Source: Enoplolaimus lenunculus (Eukaryota). Taken from it: DNA of 64,000 bases. Below the pieces are notes generated by a model. It was not told the DNA's origin and ran no database searches. It saw only the letters and a program-made list of their open reading frames with translations. Position 1 is the stretch's first letter; each line of letters starts with the position of its first letter. The translations under genes were made by a program, and so were the position numbers. Positions 49,610-61,016 of this stretch are shown piece after piece. The stretch covers positions 496,001 to 560,000 of the forward strand of contig JASANG010001402.1 of assembly GCA_030248215.1 (NCBI GenBank), in the 5' to 3' direction.

Positions 49610-49785
49610 ATAAGTTGGGTAGGCTAGGGTACGACAGTTTTTAGTTCTGAGTTCTCAGCAGCTGAAAATGAGGGACGCCCCCAGGAGGTCTCGAACTCGG
49701 TCGACAGATTTTTCAGTCCAGCGCGCCATCCACTGAGCCACGCTGCCTCACAATCAACTGCTGAGTTTTTCTGTTTTTATGCCTT
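49610..49785 (-). mobile_element. tRNA-derived SINE or tRNA-like pseudogene head with Pol III A and B boxes
   Basis: Minus strand: A box TGGCTCAGTGG (49740-49730), CTGAAAA anticodon-loop-like segment, B box GAGTTCGAGAC (49698-49688). The acceptor stem does not pair. A second copy lies at 29468. Confidence 0.65.
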
Positions 49786-49983
49786 ATATGAACCTCAACA
49801 TTATACACATGTATCTTGGTTGTTCCATGTTTTACTGCTGCTGCATATGAAGGCACTACATATGCAGCAGTGTTTTTACCGATGTACAGTATCAGTATGA
49901 GGTTATTATTTGCCTCCATACACCCACATGTCACATGGGGTATCCGCTGTCTATAAACTTTTTGTCTATTATGGAGACCCTAC

Positions 49984-50571
49984 AATTACTGGCACTTTTG
50001 TTGAAGCCAGTACCACCTATATACATCACTAACCACTAACATTTAGCAAATCAAATTTTGGATACATAACTAGGATTAATAATACTCCGTACACACATAC
50101 TTTTAAGCCGCAGTCGCTCATTGGCGGTCTGTAGCAGAAGGCTGATGGCACTGGCTTCGACAACAGTGCCCTAATAAGCACTTTTGTCGAAGCCTGTACC
50201 ACCCTCCAAGTTTAAAAAAAAAAGAACGACATGTTATTATTTTAACCAGTTTAATCAAATTTGTAAACTTCGCGAACATGTTGAACGAATGCTTAGGCTT
50301 AGGGTTAGGCTTAGGGTTAGGCTTAGGCTTAGGTTTTTTTTAAAACTTGGAGGGTGGCACAGGCTTCGACAAAAGTGCTTATTAGGGCACTGATGTCGAA
50401 GCCTGTGCCATCAGCCTTCTGCCGCAGAATCCCAATGAGCGACTGCGGCTTGAAAGTTTGTACGTACCGAGTATTATCAATCCTAGTTATGTATGCAAAA
50501 TTTGATTTGCAAACTGTTAGTGTTTAGTGCGTTATATAGGTGGCACAGGCTTGGACAAATGTTTCCAATTA
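49984..50571. repeat. Long inverted repeat (about 235-bp arms) with a telomere-like TTAGGG/TTAGGC spacer; foldback or MITE element
   Basis: Left arm 49984-50220 and right arm 50334-50571 (e.g. GTGCCCTAATAAGCACTTTTGTCGAAGCCTGT versus ACAGGCTTCGACAAAAGTGCTTATTAGGGCAC). TTAGG(C/G) hexamers at 50293-50333. Confidence 0.85.
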
Positions 50572-50671
50572 CTTTTTAGCGGAATCCGCACTTGCAAAGA
50601 CCGGCCTTGCTCATTTCCATACAATTGTATCAACGCAATATTAAAGATTTTTAACGATCTAAGTAATTAAA

Positions 50672-52090
50672 ATGAAAAATAGAACTGGATATTTGTTTGA
50701 AGTATCGATTGATGATTTTTTAAATGTAGTAGCTTTAACGCCAACAGATCCGCTTGATACTTTTATAGGTATGTAAAACTTGTCGTTTGCGTGAATGAGT
50801 AATCAAATTTGCTGCGCTCTCAGTCTAAGTAGGAACCGGGACTTCACACCTGCTTTTAACTATGCAGCTGGAAGAGCGTGTTACGGGTGGTTTCGAACTA
50901 GTGAACTTCAGATTCTCATGCAAGCGCTCTACCGATCTACCGATCCGCCACATAGCTTGCTTCTCCAAATGCATCTAACTTCGACTATATATCAATTGTA
51001 TGCTGCCGGTAAGCATACGTACTATGCAATGTGCATTGCATATATTACATATGCTACTGGACAAGCATGTTTCACGTGCTTACATGCACTTCGTAAATAG
51101 GAAATAAGTTAACGGTATCCGAATTATGTTTGTTTTATGTATAAGTGAATCTAACTCATTTTCGATTCTCAGTACTCCGTCGCAGTTGATGCATAGGTGG
51201 GAAGTTATGAAAAAATTGGGTACTTTAGTTTTTTGTTTCAGAAATGTGGTATCAGATCTTTTTATGGGCACTGTTTTCGTCAATATTGTTTCATCTCATT
51301 GCTGCGTGTATTGCGTTGTGTATGCTTCGACGGCATTATATTGGCCGCTGGATTCCACTTGCCATTGTGGTGATGGGATTTCTTGGCCCGTTGACAGGCG
51401 GAATTATCACAAGTAAACGAGTCTTCTTTCATCTACTAAGAGTGGTTATGTAGTTTTGACCATATTTGACAGAAAAGGTGTTTATTTTTTTACATATTAA
51501 CATTGTGTATGAAGCGTTCTGTATAGGGAATTCTCAATTTCGATTAGGTCTTAACAAAATTTCTTTTATAGGAATTTTTCAGCCGTTATTAGATGCAGTG
51601 AAGTCTTTTTATACATAATCTATATTTTATATTTGGCCAACATTCGGCATTTTAGGATGCTTTATTGAATCCCGAAACATGAGCTTTGATGTGTGTTTTA
51701 GTTAAAAAAGCACTAATTGCAAATGTTTATGGTGACTTCCGAATATCATAAACCTCGTTTTTACAGGCGGGTTGTTGCATTTTTGGGCAAGTCAAGAAGC
51801 TTACGTTTCTCACTCTAGATTAAAATAAAAAGTCCAAACGTGTGGCACTCAAATACTGTAAACAGTGCAAAAATGCACTATCCGCTTTCGGTATCATGTA
51901 AATTCATATCAGGTCGCATCGTGGTTAATAACCTTATAATCTTTGCAATTTTATTGCAGGTGCTCTCATTGCCTGGACGTACCGTAACTCATCGGTCGAA
52001 ATGCCTCCATTTTACGCGTTAGTTGCTGGGATATTTCAATCGATTTGTTGCGTGCTGATATCTTTATCAAGGATTCCTGCTACACTATAA
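50672..52090 (+). CDS. TMEM170A: Transmembrane protein 170 (ER-shaping); 3 exons, about 132 aa
   Basis: Exons 50672-50768, 51242-51412, 51960-52090. Translation FIEMWYQIFLWALFSSILFHLIAACIALCMLRRHYIGRWIP..GFLGPLTGGIITSALIAWTYR..SLSRIPATL* matches the TMEM170 family pattern. A versus B paralog cannot be resolved. Confidence 0.9.
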
Positions 52091-53100
52091 TAAAATAATG
52101 GTGTTCTGGTTCATAAGCATAACCATTTTCTGCATACAGTGTCAAATATTCGACTGTATTGTAAACGAAGTGTGTGATTCAATACACTGCGCTCAGTGTT
52201 AATGAAGCTCCTCGAGATTGAACGCGAAGGTTTCATATTTCGAGTTCATTAGCTTTATATTGGATAACAGATGAAATTGAACATTTCGTGCAGAAAAGGG
52301 TTAATCAAAAAATTTTCAGCTCCACATGATGCGGGAGTTATGTTGAGATTCGAGTTGTAAGATCGAATTTACATAACTTCTCAGATGAAATTGGAAATAC
52401 TCATGTGCGAAACAGTTAAATCGGTTCGGTCTCTTTTCTATGATCTCCTGGCGATGACAAAAACACACGATCACTGAATGTTTTGTGCGAAATGGAGGCG
52501 TATGTTATCGGGTTCTAGATATAAAAATTCTGTTCTGCTGTTGTAAAGTGTTGATGGTGAATTGCAAACGCCATATTTGTACCGGGTCGTGTGGGACGGC
52601 AAAATATTTCGTTTGGTAAAACAGAATTGCGTTGCAAAGAATACAATTTAAGTAGCTCCGAGTTACTAAAACAGCAACTGCGAGGATACGTGTCACGTGT
52701 TTGAAAAATTATACTGTTGGCAATGGACTGATTTTTTGCTGGCCTCAAATTGTTTATAGAACAGCAAGTTTATGTAAACTATTGCATTTTAGGTTGGATT
52801 TTAGTTTTATAGTTGTCGAATTTAGCAATAGTATTTATAACAATCAGGTTTAGAGTGAAACTGGTTTTATACTTGACAGTTTTGTTAGTTAAAATCTGAG
52901 GCAATTGCACGCAATAGCGTTTGCTTGTGTTTAGTTGTTCTACAACTATGTTGCACGGAGCTGGGTTTTATTGTTGGCGGAGTGTATTCAAATCTGTGGT
53001 GTTTTACTATTAAATTTGAATGTGTATATTAAATTGGTTTCATGCCAGAAATTTAATCGAAGAGCGATTAAACGGATTGTATATCTGAGTTACCTGCAAC

Positions 53101-53451
53101 CAGGGTGCAACCGGAATTAATATAAAATACCGGAACCGGAAAGTTAAAAAATACTCGAACCGGAAAACAAAATATACTTGTTTTCGGAAAATTTATCTTT
53201 AGCGCTATTTTATCGCTTTTAATGGTGTAAACCATTTATTAAGAGTGCCAAAATCCTGAAAGACATTCAGTAGCTGGAAACGTATGACAAATTATGGGGT
53301 ATGGTGCGAATTGAAAATTGTGGCAATACACGCTGAGACAATTTTAGAAACATAAGTTAGACGAAAATACCGGAAATTTCCGGTGAAAAAATAACGGAAC
53401 CGGTTAGTGAAAAATACCGGATTACCCTTCCGGAATTTCGGTTGTACCCTG
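53101..53451. mobile_element. hAT-like MITE subfamily C
   Basis: CAGGGTGCAACCGGAATT...CGGTTGTACCCTG; homologous to 19372-19720. Confidence 0.8.
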
Positions 53452-54236
53452 TCTTCTACAACAAAATGCCATTGTAGATTCTATTTGCTGCTATAAATTT
53501 TCGAGTTCTAACCGTCGACGAGTTATGTAACAGCGATCCACTCAGAGGTGATTCCAAATAGAAAACGGGTGCCGGTGAAACAAAAGAAAGATGTAATGAA
53601 GGTGGTGTTGGAACCGTTACTTTAAAACGTGATCTATGAAATGAAAATTTCTTTTTTGGACGGAATTTTGGAAATTCACAAAAATGTGAGTAACAGACAC
53701 AATCATTGACCAACACAACTTTGGACGTCAAAAAATCGAGTAGCTGAGTTTTCATCGCAGTTTCTGTACTAAAATTTAATACTTTATGAACGAACCTATG
53801 CGCTTCATGTAAAATTTTAATGTTCTTCGATGACCTTAGCCAAATTGGACTCTACCATTCTCTAAATGCACTTATCTCTGGGTCCACCCTGAATAGACCA
53901 TAACCAACATCCCTGCACGGGAGTTTGGATATTAGTGTAAGTTTGCTTTTAAAACACTACGTTTAATAATTACCCCGTGAATTTTTGGAATTGATTAATG
54001 CATAAAATCACATTCGATTTTAGCTATTAACTTGTAGTGTTTGTCACTGAATAAAATTCGCAAAGATGATTGGTCATTTCCATCTATTTTTAAGTGCATT
54101 TTATAAATATCTATAGAGCAAGTCTTGCGAAATTTAAAATGTGCTTATATTTTGTGTCTGTCCAATAACCATGGCGCTGTAGCCGCTTACAATAGTGAAG
54201 TAAGTTGAGTTAAAATCAATCCTTCGTTGAAACGCA

Positions 54237-57200
54237 ATGTCCAATTCAAATGAAACGCTTACTCGAAGACTGAATCCAACCGCTGCCCCACTGTCAACCG
54301 CGCAAGAAGAGCAAGCGAAACCTTACAAGGTTCGGTGGAATTTATACTGCATTCAAGTTGCGTTCTGTATAGTTGCAAGCTGGGTTGTGCTGTTCAATCT
54401 CGTGTTGTTTTCGTATTCAAATATCAAAAAGAAGGTAAGAAGTTTAAGTAGTGATAGTTTGAAAAACGTGATTCTAAACTTAAATTAAGAGCTAGAGCCC
54501 GTATTCTCAAATGTGTGTAGCAGTACCAATTATGACCAGTTGGGGATACGTCGTGCAACTTTGGAACTTGCGCATGGTGAGGTTTGAAATTCAGCAATTT
54601 GTTCACGTTTTATTTGTCCTACTTCGGTACCAATTTGGAGATCTGCGATTGCAGATGTTCGTCAGTTTGAAAACCTGACGCTTACTGATAACAGGTGCCA
54701 AACGCATTTGAGAATATGGGTCCTAAATTAAACTTGGTCTTAGTGGCGGACAATTTTCAGGTTTTTCTCCTGTCAGTTGGCAATTTTGTTGTAATGAATA
54801 CATTTGCTATATGAACTATTCAGCGTAACCGAATATTTATATTTGGTAAACGTCTGTTTCGGGTTTAAAAATTGACCATATTGTATTGGCACAAAATGAA
54901 AACTTTTGAATTCTATAAAACATTCGTGTTCGGTATTATTGATATTCTCGAACAGTCTGGTGTTCTCTTTTAGGTGGTAGAAAGTGAGTCTGGCCCATTC
55001 GAAGCTGAATTCCTGTTGAAACGTTTAGTCGAGCAATCACTTGAATCGCTGAATCCGTTTATTTTCGATTTCGACTTGTTGGCAGTTATTGCCAGTGACA
55101 AATTCGGCCAAAGTCACAAATTTCAATGGAACTCGTACGTCTCAGAACACGGTGGCTTGCGATTGGGCACGTTTTATGACGATTTAAGTTGTTCGACCAT
55201 TGTAAAGTTTGTGGAAGGTAAGCCCTTGCAGTAGTGAAAATTTTGAAAGAAATTTTTGTTTGATTAATACAACTTTTTCGTTTGTGACCGTTTTTCAAAA
55301 CAAATTGACTAATGTCGTTGAAATCAAGGCCGCAGCCAGGAGGTTTTCAGGTGGCAACCACCTCTTTGGGTTTCTGTACTGGGTTTTCAGATACGGTTTC
55401 AGTTTTCAACACAAGACTCTCCCATCGATATTTTTATAGAACATAACCCTTCTTTCCAAGATTTTGGTTACCCCACATGGAAGAAATGGCATACTTAAAC
55501 GGAATTGATACGGCTATAAGGTGTAGTTTAATTGCCTAAGTTGGGTTCTTTTTTGTTTCATTTAAATTAAAGTTCGTTATTGATTGGGAAATAAGTTATT
55601 TTTAGGTTGGACATGTGGAGATTCACCACCAAACCTATGGCTTCATCCTTTGCCAGGCTGGTCAACACAAGAGTTTGCAGTTTATATTCATAAACTAAAC
55701 GCGACAAAGCTTCCGGGTGCGAAGCAAACGCAAACGCTTTCAGTCGCCCAGTATTCGCATGATGCGCATTATATTTTTGAAAATTGGTCTGTGGCACCGT
55801 GTGCTATAGGAGGACTAAAAGTGATGTGTCCAGATGAAGGGTCAACGCGACAGGTGCTAGCGAAGGAGAAACATCGGTATTTGCCATGCGATGAGTCACG
55901 AGTTCGCGAGTTTTACGAAAAATATCCTGAACAGAGGTGAGTTGATGGGTATATATACATCACGAGTTGCTTTGAGATATAGGTGTTTCGAAAATTTTTT
56001 TAAATAGCTAGCCAGTTTATGGTGCGTATAATGATGAACAGGAATATGAATGTAGTACTTCTGTGAATTGGTATATGGTTGGGCCAAAGTGTTGTGTAGT
56101 TCAATTGTTTGGTTTTTGTGTTACTAAGTGATGTATGCGTAGAACGTAAATGTATCAGATTGAAAACGAACGTTGGAAATTGAGGCTAATAAGCTGTTGT
56201 GTTATAACCGTCTTGGAATGTAAATTAAGTTTTGTTTCTGTGGAAGCTTATTCGCTCTGCCATCGAGACACCAGTGGCACGTCAGCGTTTCTAGCGTTAC
56301 GGCACTCAAATATTTACAATCACACATAATACGACAGCCGAGTTGACGCGATGAAGCAAAGTCGAGGATATTGAACGCCACATGTATGCATTACCGCTAC
56401 GAACAAAAATTGGAAATTGTTTAAACTGGTTTAGCCGAAGCGAAGCCATCTACCATGCCCAATTTGGCTTAATGCCCAACGTTAGTGTCATTCAATTTAA
56501 TGAATTTGGCAAGTTTCGCTCGTAATCGTTCCATGCGATAAGCACCCCTCTAACATGTTCTTGATATTGTAAAACATCAAACGTAAAATGCTGTTGACTT
56601 TTTCTTTGATTATGAGAGTGGTTTTAGGCAGTTGAAATCAAACCAAGAAACGCAAACATTCCGACGTCATGTTCGCCATTTACTAAATGCTGCGTCCATT
56701 GCGCTGACTTCTTTAGATATCCCGTTTTGGATTTCAAGTAGCGTGGCGCTGGGTATGTTTGATTGGATAGATGAGAGTCCGTAAAATTGTGATAGCATAA
56801 TATTTTGAAGCGTTTATGCGTCTGAACCGAATCCGTACAGATTGTTGTGTGAAGGGTTTAGTGAAAGTTTTAGGGACAACATTATAATTGTATTGTGTGT
56901 TCGGCAGAAAATGATGCATTGTTGAATATGTGCGTATACTTGAAAACAAACTGTAACTCTTCCTTGTTATTTGGAACAGTGAATAGGCCACTTGTTGTGG
57001 TTTTACAATAAATTTTTTCGAAATCGCGGAAATTTTTTTCTCAAAATTGCGCCAAAATGTTAAAACGAAACGTATCAAACAAATAAAGTTTGTGAAAGTA
57101 TGCGAAATTTCACTACCAAATTGCCGGAACATCTGGCAGAAATTTTACTGGAGCCGGAGGTCGATTTTCTGCCGGAACCGGACTCTTGAAACTTAAAGCC

Positions 57201-57730
57201 GTAGCTATGTGTGGATATTTTTAGGATGGTACAGGCAGTGCGATATCATACCATACAGTCGTGATGCAGACATAGGGATCCATGCAAGTGATTATTCGCC
57301 GAAAATCATTCCAGCATTAGAAGCTCAAGGATTACAACTAAAACTTCTGCTTGGCAAACCATCAGAAGGGCATCAAGTTGCATTATACTCGAAAGGTGTC
57401 AAACTTGATATTTACTTTTTCTATCCTGATCACCAAAATCAAAGCCGTGTTTGGAACGCGGCGACTGCCCCGGAAAATGGTGCACGGTATAAGTATTATT
57501 TTGACAATTTTGAGTTATGTTGGGTGATTTTTATTGATTTAAAATTGCGTGTTCCGTGCCCGGTAGAACCGTATATCTTGGCGAATTATGGACAGAATTG
57601 GTTTAAGCCTATCACGAAGTGGGACTGGAGCCAGAGTGCAGCGAATGTAGAAAGTTGGGGGCAATGGTCGGAGGAAGATATGCCGGAAGTGGTGCAAATA
57701 TTTGCGATCGCTGGGGAAAGTGGCAGTTGA
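54237..57730 (+). CDS. FKTN: Fukutin-family (LicD nucleotidyltransferase) ribitol-phosphate transferase-like protein; 5 exons, about 467 aa
   Basis: Exons 54237-54434, 54974-55217, 55606-55936, 56628-56752, 57225-57730. N-terminal type II transmembrane anchor; RYLPCDESRVREFYEKYP; IPFWISS..LGWYRQCDIIPYSRDADIGI; KLDIYFFY; RVPCPVEPYILANYGQNWFKPITKWDW. Confidence 0.9.
54494..54724. mobile_element. MITE (possibly PIF/Harbinger-like) in fukutin intron 1; related copy at about 39540-39697
   Basis: TIRs GAGCCCGTATTCTCAAATGTGT / ACGCATTTGAGAATATGGGTCC; superfamily assignment tentative. Confidence 0.6.
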
Positions 57731-57880
57731 TTTAGGATATGTTTGCTATTTGGACATGGGATTCCGAATATCGAACAGGTTCACGACATAGCTGGTTGCA
57801 CGATGAAAATGTTATATTTGGGTTATTTTTAATCTTTTATGGACTGAATTTATTTCGAATACTCCCAGATGGATTTCTTG

Positions 57881-58234
57881 CAGGGTACAACAAAAGGTCT
57901 GCCTCCGGCTGCAGCTCCGGCAGAAAATTGGCCTCCGGCTCCGGTAAAATTTGTGCCGGAAATTCCGGCCATTTCGGTAGTAAAATTTTGCATAATATTG
58001 CAAGATTTATACTTAGCGCGGTTCGTTTTACTTCTGTCACAATTTTTAGGAAAGAATTTCTGAAATGTCGCAGAAAATTAGTGTAAAACCAAACAACAAC
58101 ATATTGTAGATATTGGCTAAAATTAGCTAATTAACCATCATTTTACTGCCTAATTTTGCCCCAGTTCCGGCTCAGACTCCGGCAAATTTAATTGACCTCC
58201 GGCTCCGGTATTTTTCACCTCCGGTCGCGCCCTG
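57881..58234. mobile_element. hAT-like MITE subfamily A downstream of the fukutin stop codon
   Basis: CAGGGTACAAC...CCGGTCGCGCCCTG; TSD ATTTCTTG/GTTTCTTG. Confidence 0.8.
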
Positions 58235-58337
58235 GTTTCTTGTTTAGACTCAGTTTGATGTCCAATGGAGGTTTTTGGGATATACCAATAATGTTTTATA
58301 GACTTCACATTTGTTTATTAACACCTTTGAAAATATC

Positions 58338-58715
58338 GGCCAATGTTACTTTAAAGGCCGTCCCATTTTCCCGGGATAGAAATGTACCAGATGTATCCGT
58401 CCCATTTTCCCCGGACAGCAATGTACCAGGAGTACATTCAAAAAATATAATTGGGACAGCGGGACAGATAAAACAGTGGGACAGATGGAACACTTGGGAC
58501 AAACGGGACAGATGGGACAGTTGTGACAAACGAGACAGATGGGACACTTTATATATAATATATATATAGATATATATATATATATGTATATATATATTAC
58601 ATATATCCTACGTAAATATATCTGCCTGTGCATATGTAAACAGGAGCGCATAAGGGTGCACTCGGGTATATTTGTGTCCCGGGAAATTGGGACGGCCTTT
58701 ATAGTAACATGGGTC
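58338..58715. mobile_element. Merlin-like MITE variant with internal GGGACA repeats and (TA)n
   Basis: TIR of about 38 bp, GGCCAATGTTACTTTAAAGGCCGTCCCATTTTCCCGGG / CCCGGGAAATTGGGACGGCCTTTATAGTAACATGGGTC; perfect TSD AAAATATC. Confidence 0.85.
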
Positions 58716-58734
58716 AAAATATCATATTACTAAA

Positions 58735-61016
58735 GTGAACTATTGGCTGTTTTGTGGAATATTATCTGAATTTTTGTGTAAAATGTATAACGCGTTCGTG
58801 GATGATCTTAAGCTCAATTTCTCCGCATATGATGGTGTTATTACCCTATTATATAAAGGGAATGGAAGGAAAACGTGTCGCGATAATTGGCGGCCAATTA
58901 CGTTGCTGAATATAGATTATAAGATTTTTACGAAAGTTTTGGCAAAAAGATTACAATCGGTCATGAAATCTTTAGTCCACCCGGATCAGACAAGCTCGGT
59001 TCCCGACAGAATTATCCAAGACAGTGTTGCACATGTCATGTCTGTTATTCATTATGCCAATGAAAGCAACGCAAAGGCGTTGCTGCTATCAGTTGATCAC
59101 AAAGCCGCTTTTGATTTGGTGGAGTGGTCATTTATTTTTGAGACACTTAGGGTCATGAATTTTGGCGAAAACTGTTTAAACATGATCAAATGTATTTATA
59201 AACCCGGATGTACAAGATCATCTGTTATAGTTAATGGTTTTAAATCAGAATTTTTTCATGTTTTCCGTGGAATTCGACAAGGGTGTCCCTTATCGCCGTC
59301 ATTATATGTCATAACAGCGGAAGTGGTAGCTCATTATCTTCGAATAACTTCAAGAATTTCGGGGATACCACTATACGGCATTAACACCCGAGTGACTAAG
59401 TTTGCCGACGACACTAATATTTTTCTAAGTAGGATTTCAGATATAAGTGTGGTTTTTGATGTTTTTGAAAAATTTCAAAAGGCCTCTGGCAGCCGACTAA
59501 AGGAAACTAAAACACAGATACTATTAATGGGCGATCTAAGGAACGCACTTGTACCCCATCAATATGCACGCTTTATTGTTGAAAGAGTGAAAATTTATGG
59601 CCTTTGGTTTGATTCAAAGGGACTCGATGTTCCTGAAAATTGGATAAAGTGCTATGAAGCAATTGCAAGTCTTGAACAGCGAATACCGCCCCGAGGTATC
59701 TCTGTTTTTGGAAAAATCCATCTTGTTCACATTTATTTTTTGTGTATGTTTAATTATTTGATAAAATTAGTAACACCCCCTGAGCAACTAGTGAAGGAAA
59801 CTATCAATGTGGTTTATAAGTGGTTGTGGTACCCGTCCACCGCTAGTATTATTAGAGGGGATATCCTGTTTTTACAACCTAGTCACGGCGGGATAAATTT
59901 CCCAAATATTTTTGTCAGACTGAAAGTGAATCGTTTAATGTTTTATATTCGAATATTAAGAGGTACCGAAGTTGTGAGTTGGAAGAGATGTTTCGAACAT
60001 TTCTTTCGGCAAGTTCAGTTTTCGACTAAACGTCAACTGAGATGCATTGATGTACCGGAGTTATATAAAGAGATACGGATTGCAATGATTGAGTCATCTT
60101 TTAAAATGGATGGAAATTTTTGTTTGTTTTTTGGCGAAAAGTTATCCTTAAAAACAGCGTCGGCAAATAAATTGTATAAAATGTGGATACATGCTGTGTA
60201 TAAGGGACTCATGCATCCTAAACATGTTTTTTGGCGAGACGAGCTAGGAGTTAACCTATTTTTGTCGAGCGATCATGGATATGGGCAAAAGCGAAATATA
60301 TTGACGGCTCTGCGCGAGACGTCCATTTTAGGTTAAGACACAAGTCATTGTATACTAATCACCGCACTAGTCATTTTACAGATGGGACAAATATATGTTC
60401 GTTTTGTTATTTGGATGGAATTGAAGTGCGGGAGGATAATGTTCATGTGTTTATTTATTGTTTGCGGGCGCAAGAAATTAGTTTTTTCATTACTCCCGTT
60501 TTGCAACAGGTAGCTGGAGTAAATGAAATAACGATTTCGGATTTAATTTTGGGACGAAATATTCACGACCCATTAAAGAGAATAGCTTTTAATTTCATCG
60601 TCCAACATGCACAATTGGCAATATGGAGTGCTCGATGTAAACTCGAGTTTAACAATGAAAATGTCTGTGTTGTTGATGTTTTTCAGGAAAATGTTTATAG
60701 AAATTTGTGCAAACTTAAGCTGTATCTAAAAGAAGAATGTTTTTTTTAAGGTTTTTGGAACAATAACCCGACAGAATGATAGCATGCTGGGTTTTCGAAT
60801 GTCTTTTTCTCAGCGTACCTGATTTGTAGTTTGTTTTGAAACTAGGTTTCTTGTGTGCTTTTTAACATATTTGCTCTGAATAATATCCTTGCAAGCAGAG
60901 TAGAATAATGGGTAATTTTCAAGGACCTTTGTTATGTTATGATAATATGTTGTTGCCTTCTTTGGTTTATATAATTGCTTTCGTTGATGTAAATGTGGTT
61001 TATCCTTTTAATAAAA
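58735..61016 (+). mobile_element. 5'-truncated non-LTR retrotransposon (L1/Tx1 clade): RT plus C-terminal zinc-binding domain, frameshifted
   Basis: ORF 58735-60336 contains NWRPITLLNIDYKIFTKVLAKRL..HPDQT, SVDHKAAFDLVEW, RGIRQGCPLSP and FADD. A frameshift near 60255 joins it to ..VHFRLRHKSLYTN..CSFC..EDNVHVFIYC (60348-60749). There is a second probable frameshift in the T run at about 60739-60747. A T-rich 3' UTR ends in AATAAAA at about 61010. No endonuclease or ORF1 is present. Confidence 0.9.

Noticed and set aside
49672..49746. Functional tRNA-Phe(GAA) on the minus strand
   Set aside because: A and B boxes are present, but the acceptor stem does not pair, the anticodon stem is poor, and a diverged copy exists elsewhere; treated as a SINE or pseudogene.
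50293..50333. True telomere or chromosome fusion site
   Set aside because: Only about seven mixed hexamers in one orientation, embedded in a foldback element within gene-dense DNA.
58460..58545. CRISPR-like array of GGGACA repeats
   Set aside because: Short 9-18-bp units without unique spacers, inside a MITE in eukaryotic DNA, with no cas genes.
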